The notes beneath the pieces were generated by a model that was given only the letters and a program-made list of their open reading frames with translations, was not told the origin of the DNA and ran no database searches. This document shows, piece by piece, positions 9,759 through 19,491 of a stretch of 64,000 nucleotides of DNA (position 1 is the first letter of the stretch; each line of letters begins with the position of its first letter). A program made the position numbers and the translations under genes. Source of the DNA: Patescibacteria group bacterium (GTDB lineage Bacteria; Patescibacteriota; Saccharimonadia; Saccharimonadales; JAZKJC01); the NCBI GenBank assembly GCA_040384565.1, contig JAZKJC010000008.1, forward strand, positions 18,049-82,048, given 5' to 3'.

Positions 9759-10328
9759 ATGGTGTTCGAGGATTATAAGCAGAAAGATTCGGTGGTTATT
9801 GTCTATACGGGCGAGGGGAAGGGTAAAACCAGCGCGGCTGTGGGGCTAATGGCTCGGGCTTTGGGTAACCGCTGGAACATAGCGTTTATACAGTTTATTA
9901 AGTATTGGGGCGTCGGTGAGCATGTGTTTATCCGGGATATTGAGCCGCTTTTTAGGGATCAGCTATTTTTCTATAAAGGCGGCAAAGGCTTTTATAAAGC
10001 TGGGGAATTAAGCGAACAGAACATAACCGAAAAACAGCATCAGGACGCAGCCGCGGAAACATACAAGGTTGCCCTGGAGTGCGTCAGCACCGGGAAATAT
10101 GACTTAGTAATTTGCGATGAAATAAATAATGCTGTTCATGATGGACTGCTGACAACCAAGCTACTTGAAAAATTACTCTTAAATCGATCATCAAAAACCA
10201 GCCTGTGCCTCACCGGCCGCAACTTCCCAAAAAGTTTACTTAAACACATTGATATCGCCACCGACATGACCAAAATAAAACACCACTTTGACGACAAATT
10301 CTTAGCCAATAAGGGCATAGATTTTTAG
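9759..10328 (+). CDS. btuR: Cob(I)alamin adenosyltransferase (CobA/BtuR/CobO family)
   Basis: VYTGEGKGKTSAA, QFIK, DLVICDEIN, LTGR, KHHF...GIDF. Confidence 0.9.
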   Translation: MVFEDYKQKDSVVIVYTGEGKGKTSAAVGLMARALGNRWNIAFIQFIKYWGVGEHVFIRDIEPLFRDQLFFYKGGKGFYKAGELSEQNITEKQHQDAAAETYKVALECVSTGKYDLVICDEINNAVHDGLLTTKLLEKLLLNRSSKTSLCLTGRNFPKSLLKHIDIATDMTKIKHHFDDKFLANKGIDF

Positions 10329-10330
10329 TA

Positions 10331-10603
10331 TTACTCGTTTCCGATAACTCTACGTGATATTGCTGCCGGCTCGTTGGTTTGGGGATCTAAGATTGGAGGC
10401 TGTTGGGCAAGTTCAGGATCACTGTCAATTACGCTTGCTAGACACTCCTCATAAAAGGCCAGTGCCTCGTCGGGAGTAAGCCCGCCAACTCTGCAAGCTT
10501 CCTCAGTTACTCTGAGCAAATCATTAGCAACTTGGTCTGCTCTCGTTTCTACATGCCTATAATATTCTTCAATTCTTGCACCTCGATCCATAACCCTCCG
10601 CAA
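10331..10603 (-). CDS. Hypothetical protein
   Basis: 90-aa ORF, no motif. Confidence 0.5.
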   Translation of the reverse strand: MRRVMDRGARIEEYYRHVETRADQVANDLLRVTEEACRVGGLTPDEALAFYEECLASVIDSDPELAQQPPILDPQTNEPAAISRRVIGNE

Positions 10604-10762
10604 TAAGCTTAACTCTTATATTATACAGGTTTTGGCGTTACAAAAAATAATTATATACTAAGCCACCGTCATTTTTTTGACCCCGATCGACAGGCATATT
10701 ACTAAGTGCAAGTAGAGTAGGTCTACACTTTGTGAAACGTCTTTGAGATCAAAATACTGGCG

Positions 10763-11725
10763 GTGAATCAGCTATTTATTTACTTATTTGGATTAGTACT
10801 TTATTTGTTTTATAATATATGTATGCTCGATTTATTGGTGAGTCCGTTTCAGGTTCAGGCAAGTGTTGCTCCCGAGCAGCCCTTGGTTGTTATTACAAAT
10901 GCTACATTGGGGTCATGTACTACAGATAATCCCAATTTATTTAGAGAAATAGCGCAAGTCGCACAGGTAAGATTAGGCCGGGACAACAGGAAGCGCTGTA
11001 TTGATATAGCACCAACAGGCATATCTGATGACTTTTTAGATCCTGCAAGAAAAGTCGTATGGGGTGTCTCAAAATCAATTGTTGAAACAGCCGATTCAAA
11101 AGAATTGAATAGCCTTCGGGTATTTTTATATCGCGATCAAAATCAGTATGACAACAGTCAGACAGGTATATTCTATTCAGCTGCAACGCAAGGAATTGAG
11201 ACAGTAATTATAGCCGAGGAAAGCATTATGCTTAGGGCTGTGCGACTGGGTTATGATATACGTCGTGGTCATAACCTGAAAGGTTCGTTCACATCTAAAT
11301 TAGAATACGATGAGATTAGAGACAGCGTTCTACGCAGAAACCGCAATGGCTCTGTCAGCGTAATACCGTTGGCGGGCTACACTTTCACCCCCAGAGATTC
11401 GCCCGCAGGTGAGCGCATGTATTTCAGAAATTACCCATCCTGTGAACTACTGTTAGCTGCGATGGCAGTGGAACAAGCATCTCTAGCAGACGGCGTTATA
11501 CGCTTGTGTGATTCTGGGATTAAAAATCGTGAATACGCCGCAAGAAGTTTAGTTCAGCTAGCTGGCCATGATAATCTTCAGGTTGAGTCGGCAGCTATAA
11601 GCAATGATGGTTCGGTGAATAAGCTATTTAGCTGGGGTACTGAGAAATCCTTAAGCAAAAGGCTGAGAAATATCGTACGTAATGCTAGCGAATATCACCA
11701 ACAGCGCTGCCGTCAGCACATATAA
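10763..11725 (+). CDS. Hypothetical protein
   Basis: 320-aa ORF; true start probably about 10823 (MLDLLV). Confidence 0.6.
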   Translation: MNQLFIYLFGLVLYLFYNICMLDLLVSPFQVQASVAPEQPLVVITNATLGSCTTDNPNLFREIAQVAQVRLGRDNRKRCIDIAPTGISDDFLDPARKVVWGVSKSIVETADSKELNSLRVFLYRDQNQYDNSQTGIFYSAATQGIETVIIAEESIMLRAVRLGYDIRRGHNLKGSFTSKLEYDEIRDSVLRRNRNGSVSVIPLAGYTFTPRDSPAGERMYFRNYPSCELLLAAMAVEQASLADGVIRLCDSGIKNREYAARSLVQLAGHDNLQVESAAISNDGSVNKLFSWGTEKSLSKRLRNIVRNASEYHQQRCRQHI

Positions 11726-12572
11726 GATCAAGAGGCATGCTGCGCGGACCAAACGCCCAGCTTTCACGTAAATATTCATCTGCGAATAGTAGATTAATCG
11801 TATTGCCAGCACGATCGTATTGACGATTCGCGAATGTAAGCTTGAAAAATGTTCTGGGACCGGTGCTGGTTGCCGGCACAGCTTGGTGCACGCAGTATGC
11901 ATCAAACACCGTAACCTGACCGGCAGCAAAACTAATTCTTTTTTCTCGGTCTGTTTGACCTGCGAACACATCATCCATCCAATGCGTATCAATATCAACG
12001 CCGTCCATGTCATAGACTTGAGGGAAAAAGAGAGTCGGATCACGATCGGTTGCAGAATAGCCATGTTCTATCATTACCTTAGGCTGTATCCGCCGACCTT
12101 GAAGTCCATCTGAATGAAGACCACCGCTATTTTGACGCTGCCCTTGGATAACTTCACTACGCTGAAGTGAAAGATACGCATAAAACTCATCCACGCGAGG
12201 ATTAAGGCCTTGCTCATGCGAAGCGCATAATTCCAGTATGTATCGTATACAAGCAAGTTCCTTAGGAACCCGGTATTCTGATCCAGGGAATTTTAACGGC
12301 ACAGAGTTATATTTGGTACCTATGAGTACTTGGCTAAAATCTGCTTCTCCAACCACATATGGCATACGCGGCTCTTCAAAACCATGGAGATCAAAAATAG
12401 TATTTATGTCACGGGCTATCAGTGAACCGTCCGGTGCTCCTGGGGCAAACTGTGGATCAAGGTCAAGATTATAGCCACCCTGTTCACCAAGTATCAGCGC
12501 CTGGCGCATATCGGAACCAGGTATATGAAAACTACCTAACTCGTTTTCTGATGGGTGAACTGTTCTAGCCAT
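11685..12572 (-). CDS. Putative Fe(II)/2-oxoglutarate oxygenase-fold protein
   Basis: LHSDG (HxD), distal CVHQA, PRTFFKLTF. Confidence 0.55.
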   Translation of the reverse strand: MARTVHPSENELGSFHIPGSDMRQALILGEQGGYNLDLDPQFAPGAPDGSLIARDINTIFDLHGFEEPRMPYVVGEADFSQVLIGTKYNSVPLKFPGSEYRVPKELACIRYILELCASHEQGLNPRVDEFYAYLSLQRSEVIQGQRQNSGGLHSDGLQGRRIQPKVMIEHGYSATDRDPTLFFPQVYDMDGVDIDTHWMDDVFAGQTDREKRISFAAGQVTVFDAYCVHQAVPATSTGPRTFFKLTFANRQYDRAGNTINLLFADEYLRESWAFGPRSMPLDLICADGSAVGDIR

Positions 12573-12775
12573 AATACTATTTCCTCATAAGCTACTACTG
12601 AGCTTATTTTAAGTAATATACTATACTAATTGTAAAGTAAAATTGCAAGCATTTCTTATGATTGCCAGTATATTGCGTCTGGCCACATTGCATGTATAAA
12701 AACCTTAACCATCCTATCTAAGGTATTTGGTCCAGCTCCTGCGGAATAATTTATTATTGGTGCTAGAATCAATGC

Positions 12776-13285
12776 ATGGCACGGTTATATTTATTGATGG
12801 GGTATCCTGGGGCGGGGAAGACGACTGCTGCGCAGGCTATTCGTGAGGTAACTGGGGCGGAGCATGTGTCTTCTGATGCAATGCGGATTAAAATGTTTCC
12901 ACAGCCTACTTTTAGCCAGACGGAGCATGATCAGCTTTACCGGCATATAGACCGTGAAGTTGAACACTTGCTCAAGGCTGGGAAAGACGTTATTTACGAT
13001 GCAAACCTGAACCGCCACCGCCACCGCCAGGAAAAATATGCTATCTGTGAGCGCACTGGCACTAAAGCTGTGCTTATTTGGGTGCAAGCGCCTAAAGAGC
13101 TGGCCAAATCCCGGGCCGTTAACCAAAGCCGAGCGCACTTAGTGCCACAAGACGAAAGCCCCGCTGCCATGTTTAACCGCATTGCCAGATTAATAGAAGA
13201 GCCACATCCTACCGAATCCTACATTTCTATGGATGGAACCCAGATTAGCCCGGAATATGTTTCCGCCAAATTGAAACAGAAATGA
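12776..13285 (+). CDS. AAA_33-type P-loop kinase
   Basis: GYPGAGKT, SSDAMR, VIYDAN. Confidence 0.85.
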   Translation: MARLYLLMGYPGAGKTTAAQAIREVTGAEHVSSDAMRIKMFPQPTFSQTEHDQLYRHIDREVEHLLKAGKDVIYDANLNRHRHRQEKYAICERTGTKAVLIWVQAPKELAKSRAVNQSRAHLVPQDESPAAMFNRIARLIEEPHPTESYISMDGTQISPEYVSAKLKQK

Positions 13286-13863
13286 GAAAGAGGACTAGGC
13301 GCAAGCTACTGACTCTAGTACTGAGTATGTTGATTGCGCTGGCAGGTTTTTATACCGAAAAGCACCAAGACCAAGTAGGGCGGGTGGCCAGTAGTGTCAC
13401 GACAGGTAGCTACCGCGTAACTGAATTCTCTGATGGGGACACCATAACGGTAGATATGAATGGCACGCAGGAACGTATCCGAATGATTGGAGTTGACACT
13501 CCAGAAACAAAAGATCCGCGCAAGGCAGTGGAGTGTTTTGGCAAAGCAGCCTCCGAATACACCAAACAACTGATTGGTAACGGGCCAGTTAGGTTAGAGG
13601 CGGATAGCCTAAGCACTAATCGTGATCGTTATGACCGATTGCTGCGTTACGTTTACACTTCAGATAACAAGCTGGTTGAGGCCGAAATTATCAAAAACGG
13701 CTACGGCTTTGCCTATGTCAGCTTCCCGTTCAGCAAGCTGGATGAGTTCAGGCTCTATGAAAAAGAAGCCCGCGAGCAAAACCGGGGGCTTTGGGCCGGG
13801 TGTCAGCCGTATGTCGACAGTAAGGGCTATATACATAGCAACGAAGAAACAAAAGTTCTCTAA
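13282..13863 (+). CDS. Thermonuclease (staphylococcal nuclease family)
   Basis: DGDT, RIRMIGVDTPE, DRYDRLLRYVY, RGLW. Confidence 0.95.
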   Translation: MRKRTRRKLLTLVLSMLIALAGFYTEKHQDQVGRVASSVTTGSYRVTEFSDGDTITVDMNGTQERIRMIGVDTPETKDPRKAVECFGKAASEYTKQLIGNGPVRLEADSLSTNRDRYDRLLRYVYTSDNKLVEAEIIKNGYGFAYVSFPFSKLDEFRLYEKEAREQNRGLWAGCQPYVDSKGYIHSNEETKVL

Positions 13864-13959
13864 AACAATTTCGGCGCCCGCTTCGCTCGCTTACGACCCG
13901 GCCTCCTGCAAGGAAGCCGGGCTTAACAACTCCTCGCTTCTAATTGTGACTTTGACATT

Positions 13960-13979
13960 CCTGCCTACCGGCAGGCAGG
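13960..13979. repeat. REP-like palindrome CCTGCCTACCGGCAGGCAGG
   Basis: Near-perfect 20-bp palindrome in a GC-rich intergenic patch with further hairpins (13896-13922). Confidence 0.75.
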
Positions 13980-14072
13980 CACGCTTCCGGAGCCTGAGGA
14001 GGCTCCATGGGGCTGCGCTCTTTTTTAATCTGGCTTATGGTTGCGTTAAAGACGTCTGCATAATATTCTAGG

Positions 14073-14414
14073 TTGCATAAGGAGATGTGCATGAAGCCAA
14101 GATATATAGGCGTGACACCTGGTGGAATCCCCCACGTTAATGTAGAACCGAGTCACAAAGGCGGTATTTTTGTTGTTAATATTAGAGATGAGAGTTTTGC
14201 TGGATCTCTTATAAGACTATCCGGCTTATCACTACCGGATGCGTACGCGCTACAGAATGGAGATAGTTCGATACTGGATGTCTATTGTCCAGCGGATCCA
14301 GACAGACCCGGAGTAAGGGTACTAGCGAAATGCACTGGATCTTTAGCATTAAACTCCCATGCTTCGTTAAGCCTTATTGATGGGTTTCGGGAGTTTACAC
14401 CAATGGAGCAATAG
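14073..14414 (+). CDS. Hypothetical protein
   Basis: ORF; likely start MKPRY about 14091. Confidence 0.5.
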   Translation: MHKEMCMKPRYIGVTPGGIPHVNVEPSHKGGIFVVNIRDESFAGSLIRLSGLSLPDAYALQNGDSSILDVYCPADPDRPGVRVLAKCTGSLALNSHASLSLIDGFREFTPMEQ

Positions 14415-14415
14415 G

Positions 14416-14631
14416 CTATAGGCTCGCCAATTGTTGTTCGTGTTTTTCGACCTGCTGGCTTAAGTCCGTAACGGCTGCTTTTATGGTTTTTATGTCGGCT
14501 TTAACTTCTTGTAAATCAGATTGTTTGGCTAACTGTTTCATGTCGTCTCGCATTTGAGTCACTAATTCAATAACCGCGTCAAATTTACTGTTCATGTCTT
14601 CAAGAACTAAGTCGGTGTGGTCATCGCTCAT
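14416..14631 (-). CDS. Small coiled-coil hypothetical protein
   Basis: Heptad pattern LEDMNSKFDAVIE...VKADIKTIK. Confidence 0.65.
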   Translation of the reverse strand: MSDDHTDLVLEDMNSKFDAVIELVTQMRDDMKQLAKQSDLQEVKADIKTIKAAVTDLSQQVEKHEQQLASL

Positions 14632-14665
14632 ATAGTAATTGTACCAGTATTGGGGATATTTACTC

Positions 14666-15073
14666 TTACTGATTATCTCTTAGATGCCTTAGCCACCCTT
14701 CTAGCATCCATGTGATGTTTAGTCCTTTTTCATCTACAATCATATTAGAATTTTTAAATGTTTGCGGAGTATTATCCAGGCTCATTCCGTTAGTAATTAC
14801 GGCACACGGTATGTCGTGATCTTGCACTGCTTGCACTAATTTTGGAGCCGTCAATTCAGAAAATCCACCACGCCCAATTCTATGTGCAATCATTGCAGCC
14901 TTAAGAACTTTAGGGTCATGTTCTATTTCTTCAATAGCTGGAATTGCCTCATCAAAATTTACAGGCTGCCACCCTGCTACACGGGCCACATCAACCCATC
15001 TGTCAAGTGCATCATCCTTGGTTAAATCAGTATCAACTATTAGTACACGAGGTAGCTCGCCTGGCGCTGTCAT
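14666..15073 (-). CDS. Degenerate receiver-like domain protein
   Basis: RVLIVD start, IPCAVIT strand, ..KG near C-terminus; phospho-Asp not evident. Confidence 0.5.
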   Translation of the reverse strand: MTAPGELPRVLIVDTDLTKDDALDRWVDVARVAGWQPVNFDEAIPAIEEIEHDPKVLKAAMIAHRIGRGGFSELTAPKLVQAVQDHDIPCAVITNGMSLDNTPQTFKNSNMIVDEKGLNITWMLEGWLRHLRDNQ

Positions 15074-15230
15074 ATCAAACCTGTCTGTTACTTGGATTAT
15101 TATTTAATATTATAGCACGTTATTGTTAATATGCTATTATCATTTTTTAAGAACTTTTGAATAATTCCCAAGGCAAAAGTCTAGGGTCGAACCCTTAACA
15201 GGGATAAATTTTTGCACTTTATTTGTAAGG

Positions 15231-16427
15231 CTAATTTTTGTAGATGTTTTCTAGGTTTTGGGCTAGGACTTCGAGGCTGTAGGTTTTTTCGGCATAGGCG
15301 CGGATGGGTTGGGCTGATTTGGGTGTTTTCTTAATAAGAGTTTTAGACAATGCTTCGGCTACTGATGCCGGGTCGGGCCCATTAGCCAAAACATGCCCTT
15401 GTGGCGCAATTAGACTTGCCAGATTTTTATCACTCAGTACTGCCATCGCTCCGCTCGCGGCAGCCTCGACTAGAACTATCGCCTGGGTATCAAAATTATG
15501 TGAAGTCAAGACAAATACATCCGTCAGCTCCCAAAATAACTTGACCTTATCATATGGCAAACCGCCATGAATGCGCACATTATCTAGGTTGTGACGCCTC
15601 GCAAAAGCTTTTACTGCCGTTAGCTCCGGGCCATTGCCAATGATATCAACTAAAAAAGCTCGATCAGTGCTTTGGCTTAAGCGCTTAATCACCTCCATAA
15701 AAACAAGTGGGCGCTTTTCGGCAGAAACACGCCCGATCCACAATATTCGTACCGGCAGGGTAGGGTCTTCAAAGCGAGGTGTTATAGTCGTTAGATCAAT
15801 TGCATTCGGCACAACCGCATAATTACCCTCAGGATAGTACTGCTTCAGCTCCTCCATAAAGTGAAGTGAGGGCACAATTATAGCTTTGGCATGATGTGAA
15901 CTGGAAAAAATTTTCTTCAGAAGCCAGCGTTCATACAAGTAGCTGGTCTGACCGGCCAGCCTATGTGAGCGATGCGTGCCGGTACGCTTACTTTGCCACA
16001 GTGACTGTGTACGTCCGACGCCAGACAATAAGTATCTAAGCGGTCGTTTGTAGTTATGCTTAGCCCAACTAACATCATTAGTATGTATGGTTTGAATTAA
16101 AGGGGTACCATACTTGTGAGCATACCAAGTTGCCAAGTGACCAACGCCTAAGTCGGTGTGCATATGCACAATATCAAGCTTAAGGGCGCTGACAGCAGCT
16201 TTATTACGCCCAGAAACAGTTACAGTTGGGTGCATATGCGGATGCCAGGATTTAAGAGTCTCCAGCCGCAATATTCCAGGTTCACTCTGTTTAGCGCCTT
16301 TATATTTTGGACAGACCACCGTTACGTCGTGCCCATGGGACCGAAGCGCCTGGGCATGGGTGAGCACGGCAGTTTCTACTCCACCCTGATGTGGCATGTA
16401 AAAATCTGTAAAAAGTCCTATTCGCAT
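15231..16427 (-). CDS. Glycosyltransferase family 4
   Basis: MRIGLFTDFY.P..GGV, IGRVSAEK, DTQAIVLVEAAASG. Confidence 0.92.
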   Translation of the reverse strand: MRIGLFTDFYMPHQGGVETAVLTHAQALRSHGHDVTVVCPKYKGAKQSEPGILRLETLKSWHPHMHPTVTVSGRNKAAVSALKLDIVHMHTDLGVGHLATWYAHKYGTPLIQTIHTNDVSWAKHNYKRPLRYLLSGVGRTQSLWQSKRTGTHRSHRLAGQTSYLYERWLLKKIFSSSHHAKAIIVPSLHFMEELKQYYPEGNYAVVPNAIDLTTITPRFEDPTLPVRILWIGRVSAEKRPLVFMEVIKRLSQSTDRAFLVDIIGNGPELTAVKAFARRHNLDNVRIHGGLPYDKVKLFWELTDVFVLTSHNFDTQAIVLVEAAASGAMAVLSDKNLASLIAPQGHVLANGPDPASVAEALSKTLIKKTPKSAQPIRAYAEKTYSLEVLAQNLENIYKN

Positions 16428-16444
16428 GTTGTGTTTGTCCCTAT

Positions 16445-17251
16445 TTATTCCTCTAGCGGTTTACGGCCAAATACACGTGCCACATACTCTACCAAGTTAA
16501 TGATAGGCGAAAGCGCGTACAGTAGGACGGCTCCAAGCCAACCAAACACCCAAGTCCATCTGCCGTGCCGCTTGAGCGTGTGGGGCCACCACATCATATT
16601 TTCTAACAGCTCACGCCGGTTTGAGCGTACCCGCCGAACCTTCAGGCCTACCCGCAGGCTTTCCCGGTAGGTAATAGGGTAGCCAAGACTATTTACATGA
16701 ATGGCGAGATCCAGATCCTCGTGTTGGTCCAGGTAATGGCATACCAGTGTCTTTGTTTCATCCCATAGATGCTTAGGAATAACCATGTTCGTACCAAATA
16801 ATATATAGTGCCCAAGCAGTAGGCGATTTATGCGAAAGGCAATTTGCCCTTGTACCCAGCCGGCAAAGCGTGGAAACCGAAGATTATAGATGATTCCACC
16901 ACCTGTCAGCGCGTGATCTTTGTGATGCTCCTCACTGTAAAACCGTTTGACATAATGTACCCATCCCGGGAAGAGGAGTGAATCCGCGTCGATGCGCCCA
17001 ATAAGGTCACATTTAGCCGCGTTAAAGCCACTGTCACGGGCAAAGACAATACCTTGTTTGGGTTCTTGAATAATTGTCACAAATTCATAGGTCTTTGCAA
17101 TCTCAACAGTCCTGTCAGTCGAATTATTATCAACAACTATGACTTCATCCGGCGGACTGGTTTGCTTGGCAATTGCATCTAGGCACGCTTTGAGGTGCTT
17201 TTCTTCGTTAAACGCCGGTATAACAATCGATAGTGTTAATGTTTTTTGCAT
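16445..17251 (-). CDS. Glycosyltransferase family 2
   Basis: SIVIPAFNEE, VVDNNSTD, IDADS, EDLDL. Confidence 0.92.
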   Translation of the reverse strand: MQKTLTLSIVIPAFNEEKHLKACLDAIAKQTSPPDEVIVVDNNSTDRTVEIAKTYEFVTIIQEPKQGIVFARDSGFNAAKCDLIGRIDADSLLFPGWVHYVKRFYSEEHHKDHALTGGGIIYNLRFPRFAGWVQGQIAFRINRLLLGHYILFGTNMVIPKHLWDETKTLVCHYLDQHEDLDLAIHVNSLGYPITYRESLRVGLKVRRVRSNRRELLENMMWWPHTLKRHGRWTWVFGWLGAVLLYALSPIINLVEYVARVFGRKPLEE

Positions 17252-17276
17252 GAATATTGTAAACTGATATTAACAG

Positions 17277-18416
17277 ATGGGCACAATAAGTCGAAAGTCG
17301 AAAGTCGAAAGTCGAAAGTCTACATCAAGAATTTCGCGGTTTAGTCTTGGCTATTTTTGGCAGCAGTTTAAGCAATGGTTTCGCGCAAAGTGGTGGCATA
17401 AAATAATTGCCGTAGTAGTTGCGGCTGTCATGTTATTTGTAAGCGGCATGTACGGGATTGCCCAGTGGTATATCTGGCAGAACCGGCACACACCAGTACG
17501 TATTGGCGCCACATTTATCCCTAACTACGCCAAATATCTAGATCTTGACCCTAAGGAAACGCTCAATGCCATGATAAATGATCTGGGCATTCAGCACTTG
17601 CGCTTAGTCAGCTACTGGAAAGATCTGGAACGTGAACCCGGTCAATACGACTTTTCGGAGCTTGACTGGCAGGTTGATATGGCAGACAAAGCACATGTCC
17701 CAGTTTCACTTTCACTAGGATTACGCCAGCCGCGCTGGCCGGAATGCCATATGCCCGCATGGGCGGAGAAATTACCAAAAGAAGCCTGGCAACCGGAACT
17801 CGAGAAATATATTCAAAAAGTTGTAGAACGTTACAAGGACCGCGAAATAATAGAAAGCTACCAGCTGGAAAATGAGTTTTTCTTAACAGTTTTTGGTATT
17901 TGCCCGGATTTTGACCGTAATCGATTAATTAAAGAAGCAGAATTAGTCAAACGTCTGGATCCTAACCGCAAACTTATTATTACGCGAAGCAACAATGCTA
18001 TGGGCTTGCCGATTGGCCAGCCACGCCCAGACGAGTTTGGTGTTTCAGTTTATAAAAGAGTTTGGGATAAATCTGTAACTAAGCGCTACTATGAGTACCC
18101 TCTCCCGGCCTGGTTTTACGCCTCTTTGGCTGGCGCTGGCAAAATTGCTACCGGCAAAGATTTGATTGTCCATGAGCTGCAAGCAGAAGCCTGGATGCCA
18201 GACGGATTTGAGATTAAAACCGCACCCCTAGAAGAACTAGACAAATCCATGAACCCGGACAGGTTACACCACCGCATCCTATATGGGATAGGCACTGGGA
18301 TGAAAACAGTAGACCTTTGGGGCGTGGAGTGGTGGTATCAGATGAAAACTAAACGCGACTCACCAGACCTATGGAAAACCGCTAAATACGAGATCAACAA
18401 AGCCAGCAAGAAATAA
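17277..18416 (+). CDS. Membrane-anchored clan GH-A glycoside hydrolase
   Basis: TM anchor, W..LE.EPGQYDFSELD, QLENE acid/base, ELQAE nucleophile, LWG.EWW. Confidence 0.8.
   Translation: MGTISRKSKVESRKSTSRISRFSLGYFWQQFKQWFRAKWWHKIIAVVVAAVMLFVSGMYGIAQWYIWQNRHTPVRIGATFIPNYAKYLDLDPKETLNAMINDLGIQHLRLVSYWKDLEREPGQYDFSELDWQVDMADKAHVPVSLSLGLRQPRWPECHMPAWAEKLPKEAWQPELEKYIQKVVERYKDREIIESYQLENEFFLTVFGICPDFDRNRLIKEAELVKRLDPNRKLIITRSNNAMGLPIGQPRPDEFGVSVYKRVWDKSVTKRYYEYPLPAWFYASLAGAGKIATGKDLIVHELQAEAWMPDGFEIKTAPLEELDKSMNPDRLHHRILYGIGTGMKTVDLWGVEWWYQMKTKRDSPDLWKTAKYEINKASKK
17288..17320 (+). repeat. Heptamer repeat (AAGTCGA)x4.7 inside 5' coding region
   Basis: Direct reading. Confidence 0.9.
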
Positions 18417-18505
18417 AAAACAGTCGACCTCATAATAATCAATCCTAATATCTAATTATAGCACATATTGTCAATTAAGGCAACATACTTCATACTGTTA
18501 GCGTT

Positions 18506-18970
18506 ATGGCTAAGAAGAAAGCACAAGATGCTAAGCAAATCAGCAATCGCCGGGCTCGTCATGATTACGACCTCGGGGATGGTTTAGTTGTGGGCATAGC
18601 CCTTAGTGGCGCGGAGACCAAAAGCCTGCGCCGAGGCCATGGCCACCTAAAAGGCTCCTACGTCACGGTCAAAGATAATGAGCTATGGCTGGTGAATGCC
18701 ACCATTACCGGCGACAGCGCCGTCAGGGTGCCAGAAGAAGACAAAACCCGTAACCGCAAGCTGTTGGCCAAACAAAGGGAAATAGCCGCTCTCATGGCAG
18801 CCAAACAGCAAGGCCAAACTATAGTACCATTAGAACTATTAACCCGTGGCCGCTACATAAAGCTCCGCATAGCCTCCGGCCGTGGCCGCAAAAAATACGA
18901 CAAAAGGGAAACAATAAAACGCCGCGACCAAGACCGCTCAAATAACCAGGAATTAAAACAACACCGCTAA
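18506..18970 (+). CDS. smpB: SsrA-binding protein SmpB
   Basis: NRRARHDY, GIALSGAETKSLR, RKLL, GRGRKKYDKRETIK. Confidence 0.97.
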   Translation: MAKKKAQDAKQISNRRARHDYDLGDGLVVGIALSGAETKSLRRGHGHLKGSYVTVKDNELWLVNATITGDSAVRVPEEDKTRNRKLLAKQREIAALMAAKQQGQTIVPLELLTRGRYIKLRIASGRGRKKYDKRETIKRRDQDRSNNQELKQHR

Positions 18971-18978
18971 CCCGATAC

Positions 18979-19013
18979 GTACAAGGTTCTATGTACAAGG
19001 TTCAACCTTGTAC
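18979..19013. repeat. GTACAAGGTTC direct repeat plus palindrome GTACAAGGTT-C-AACCTTGTAC
   Basis: Direct reading just after smpB. Confidence 0.75.
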
Positions 19014-19155
19014 GGTAATAGCTTGCTTGTCGAGCTCTCCCGTCTCCGTTATAATGCACCAGTATCGTATTACGAAATACGTAGTAGTATAACTGTTAGC
19101 GTCATTATCATGTCCTGACCGTCATACCAACTACGTTATACGTTCTACGCAATCA

Positions 19156-19230
19156 TCCCGGGTAGCTCAATGGTGGAGCAAGAAGCTGTTAACTTCGAGG
19201 TTGTCGGTTCGAGTCCGACCCCGGGAGCCA
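19156..19230 (+). tRNA. tRNA-Asn(GTT)
   Basis: TCCCGGG/CCCGGGA acceptor, D arm TAGCTCAATGGTGGAGC, CTGTTAA loop, GTCGG-TTCGAGT-CCGAC T arm, encoded CCA. Confidence 0.97.
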
Positions 19231-19242
19231 GACCAAGCACTA

Positions 19243-19285
19243 AGAGAGGTAGACCGGGTTCCTAGACCGGTCTTTCTCTATTTTT
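19243..19285 (+). terminator. Intrinsic terminator after tRNA-Asn
   Basis: AGAGA..AGACCGG/CCGGTCT.TCTCT stem followed by T tract. Confidence 0.7.
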
Positions 19286-19491
19286 GAGCATTACCTATGA
19301 AATTTTCGCCCCCGTTACGGGTTCGAATCCAGCCCCTGTCTTGTCCGAAAATGTTGGAACGGTCAAATGACACGAACGATTCCAATTTTTCTCTGCAACA
19401 CGGTTCCGAAACCGACCAGCCCACTATATGGCAACCAGGCAGATTGAAAGCCGACCGGGTTCCATGACCAAGCCCTCGAGTGATGACTTAT

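Noticed and set aside
9759-10328. Cobalamin biosynthesis locus or B12 riboswitch
   Set aside because: Lone adenosyltransferase with only 22 bp upstream; no other cob genes
18971-19155. tmRNA next to smpB
   Set aside because: Gap is too short and lacks GGGG...TCCACCA tRNA-like ends
19311-19340. Second tRNA gene
   Set aside because: Only a T-loop-like GGTTCGAATCC; no D arm, anticodon arm or CCA end
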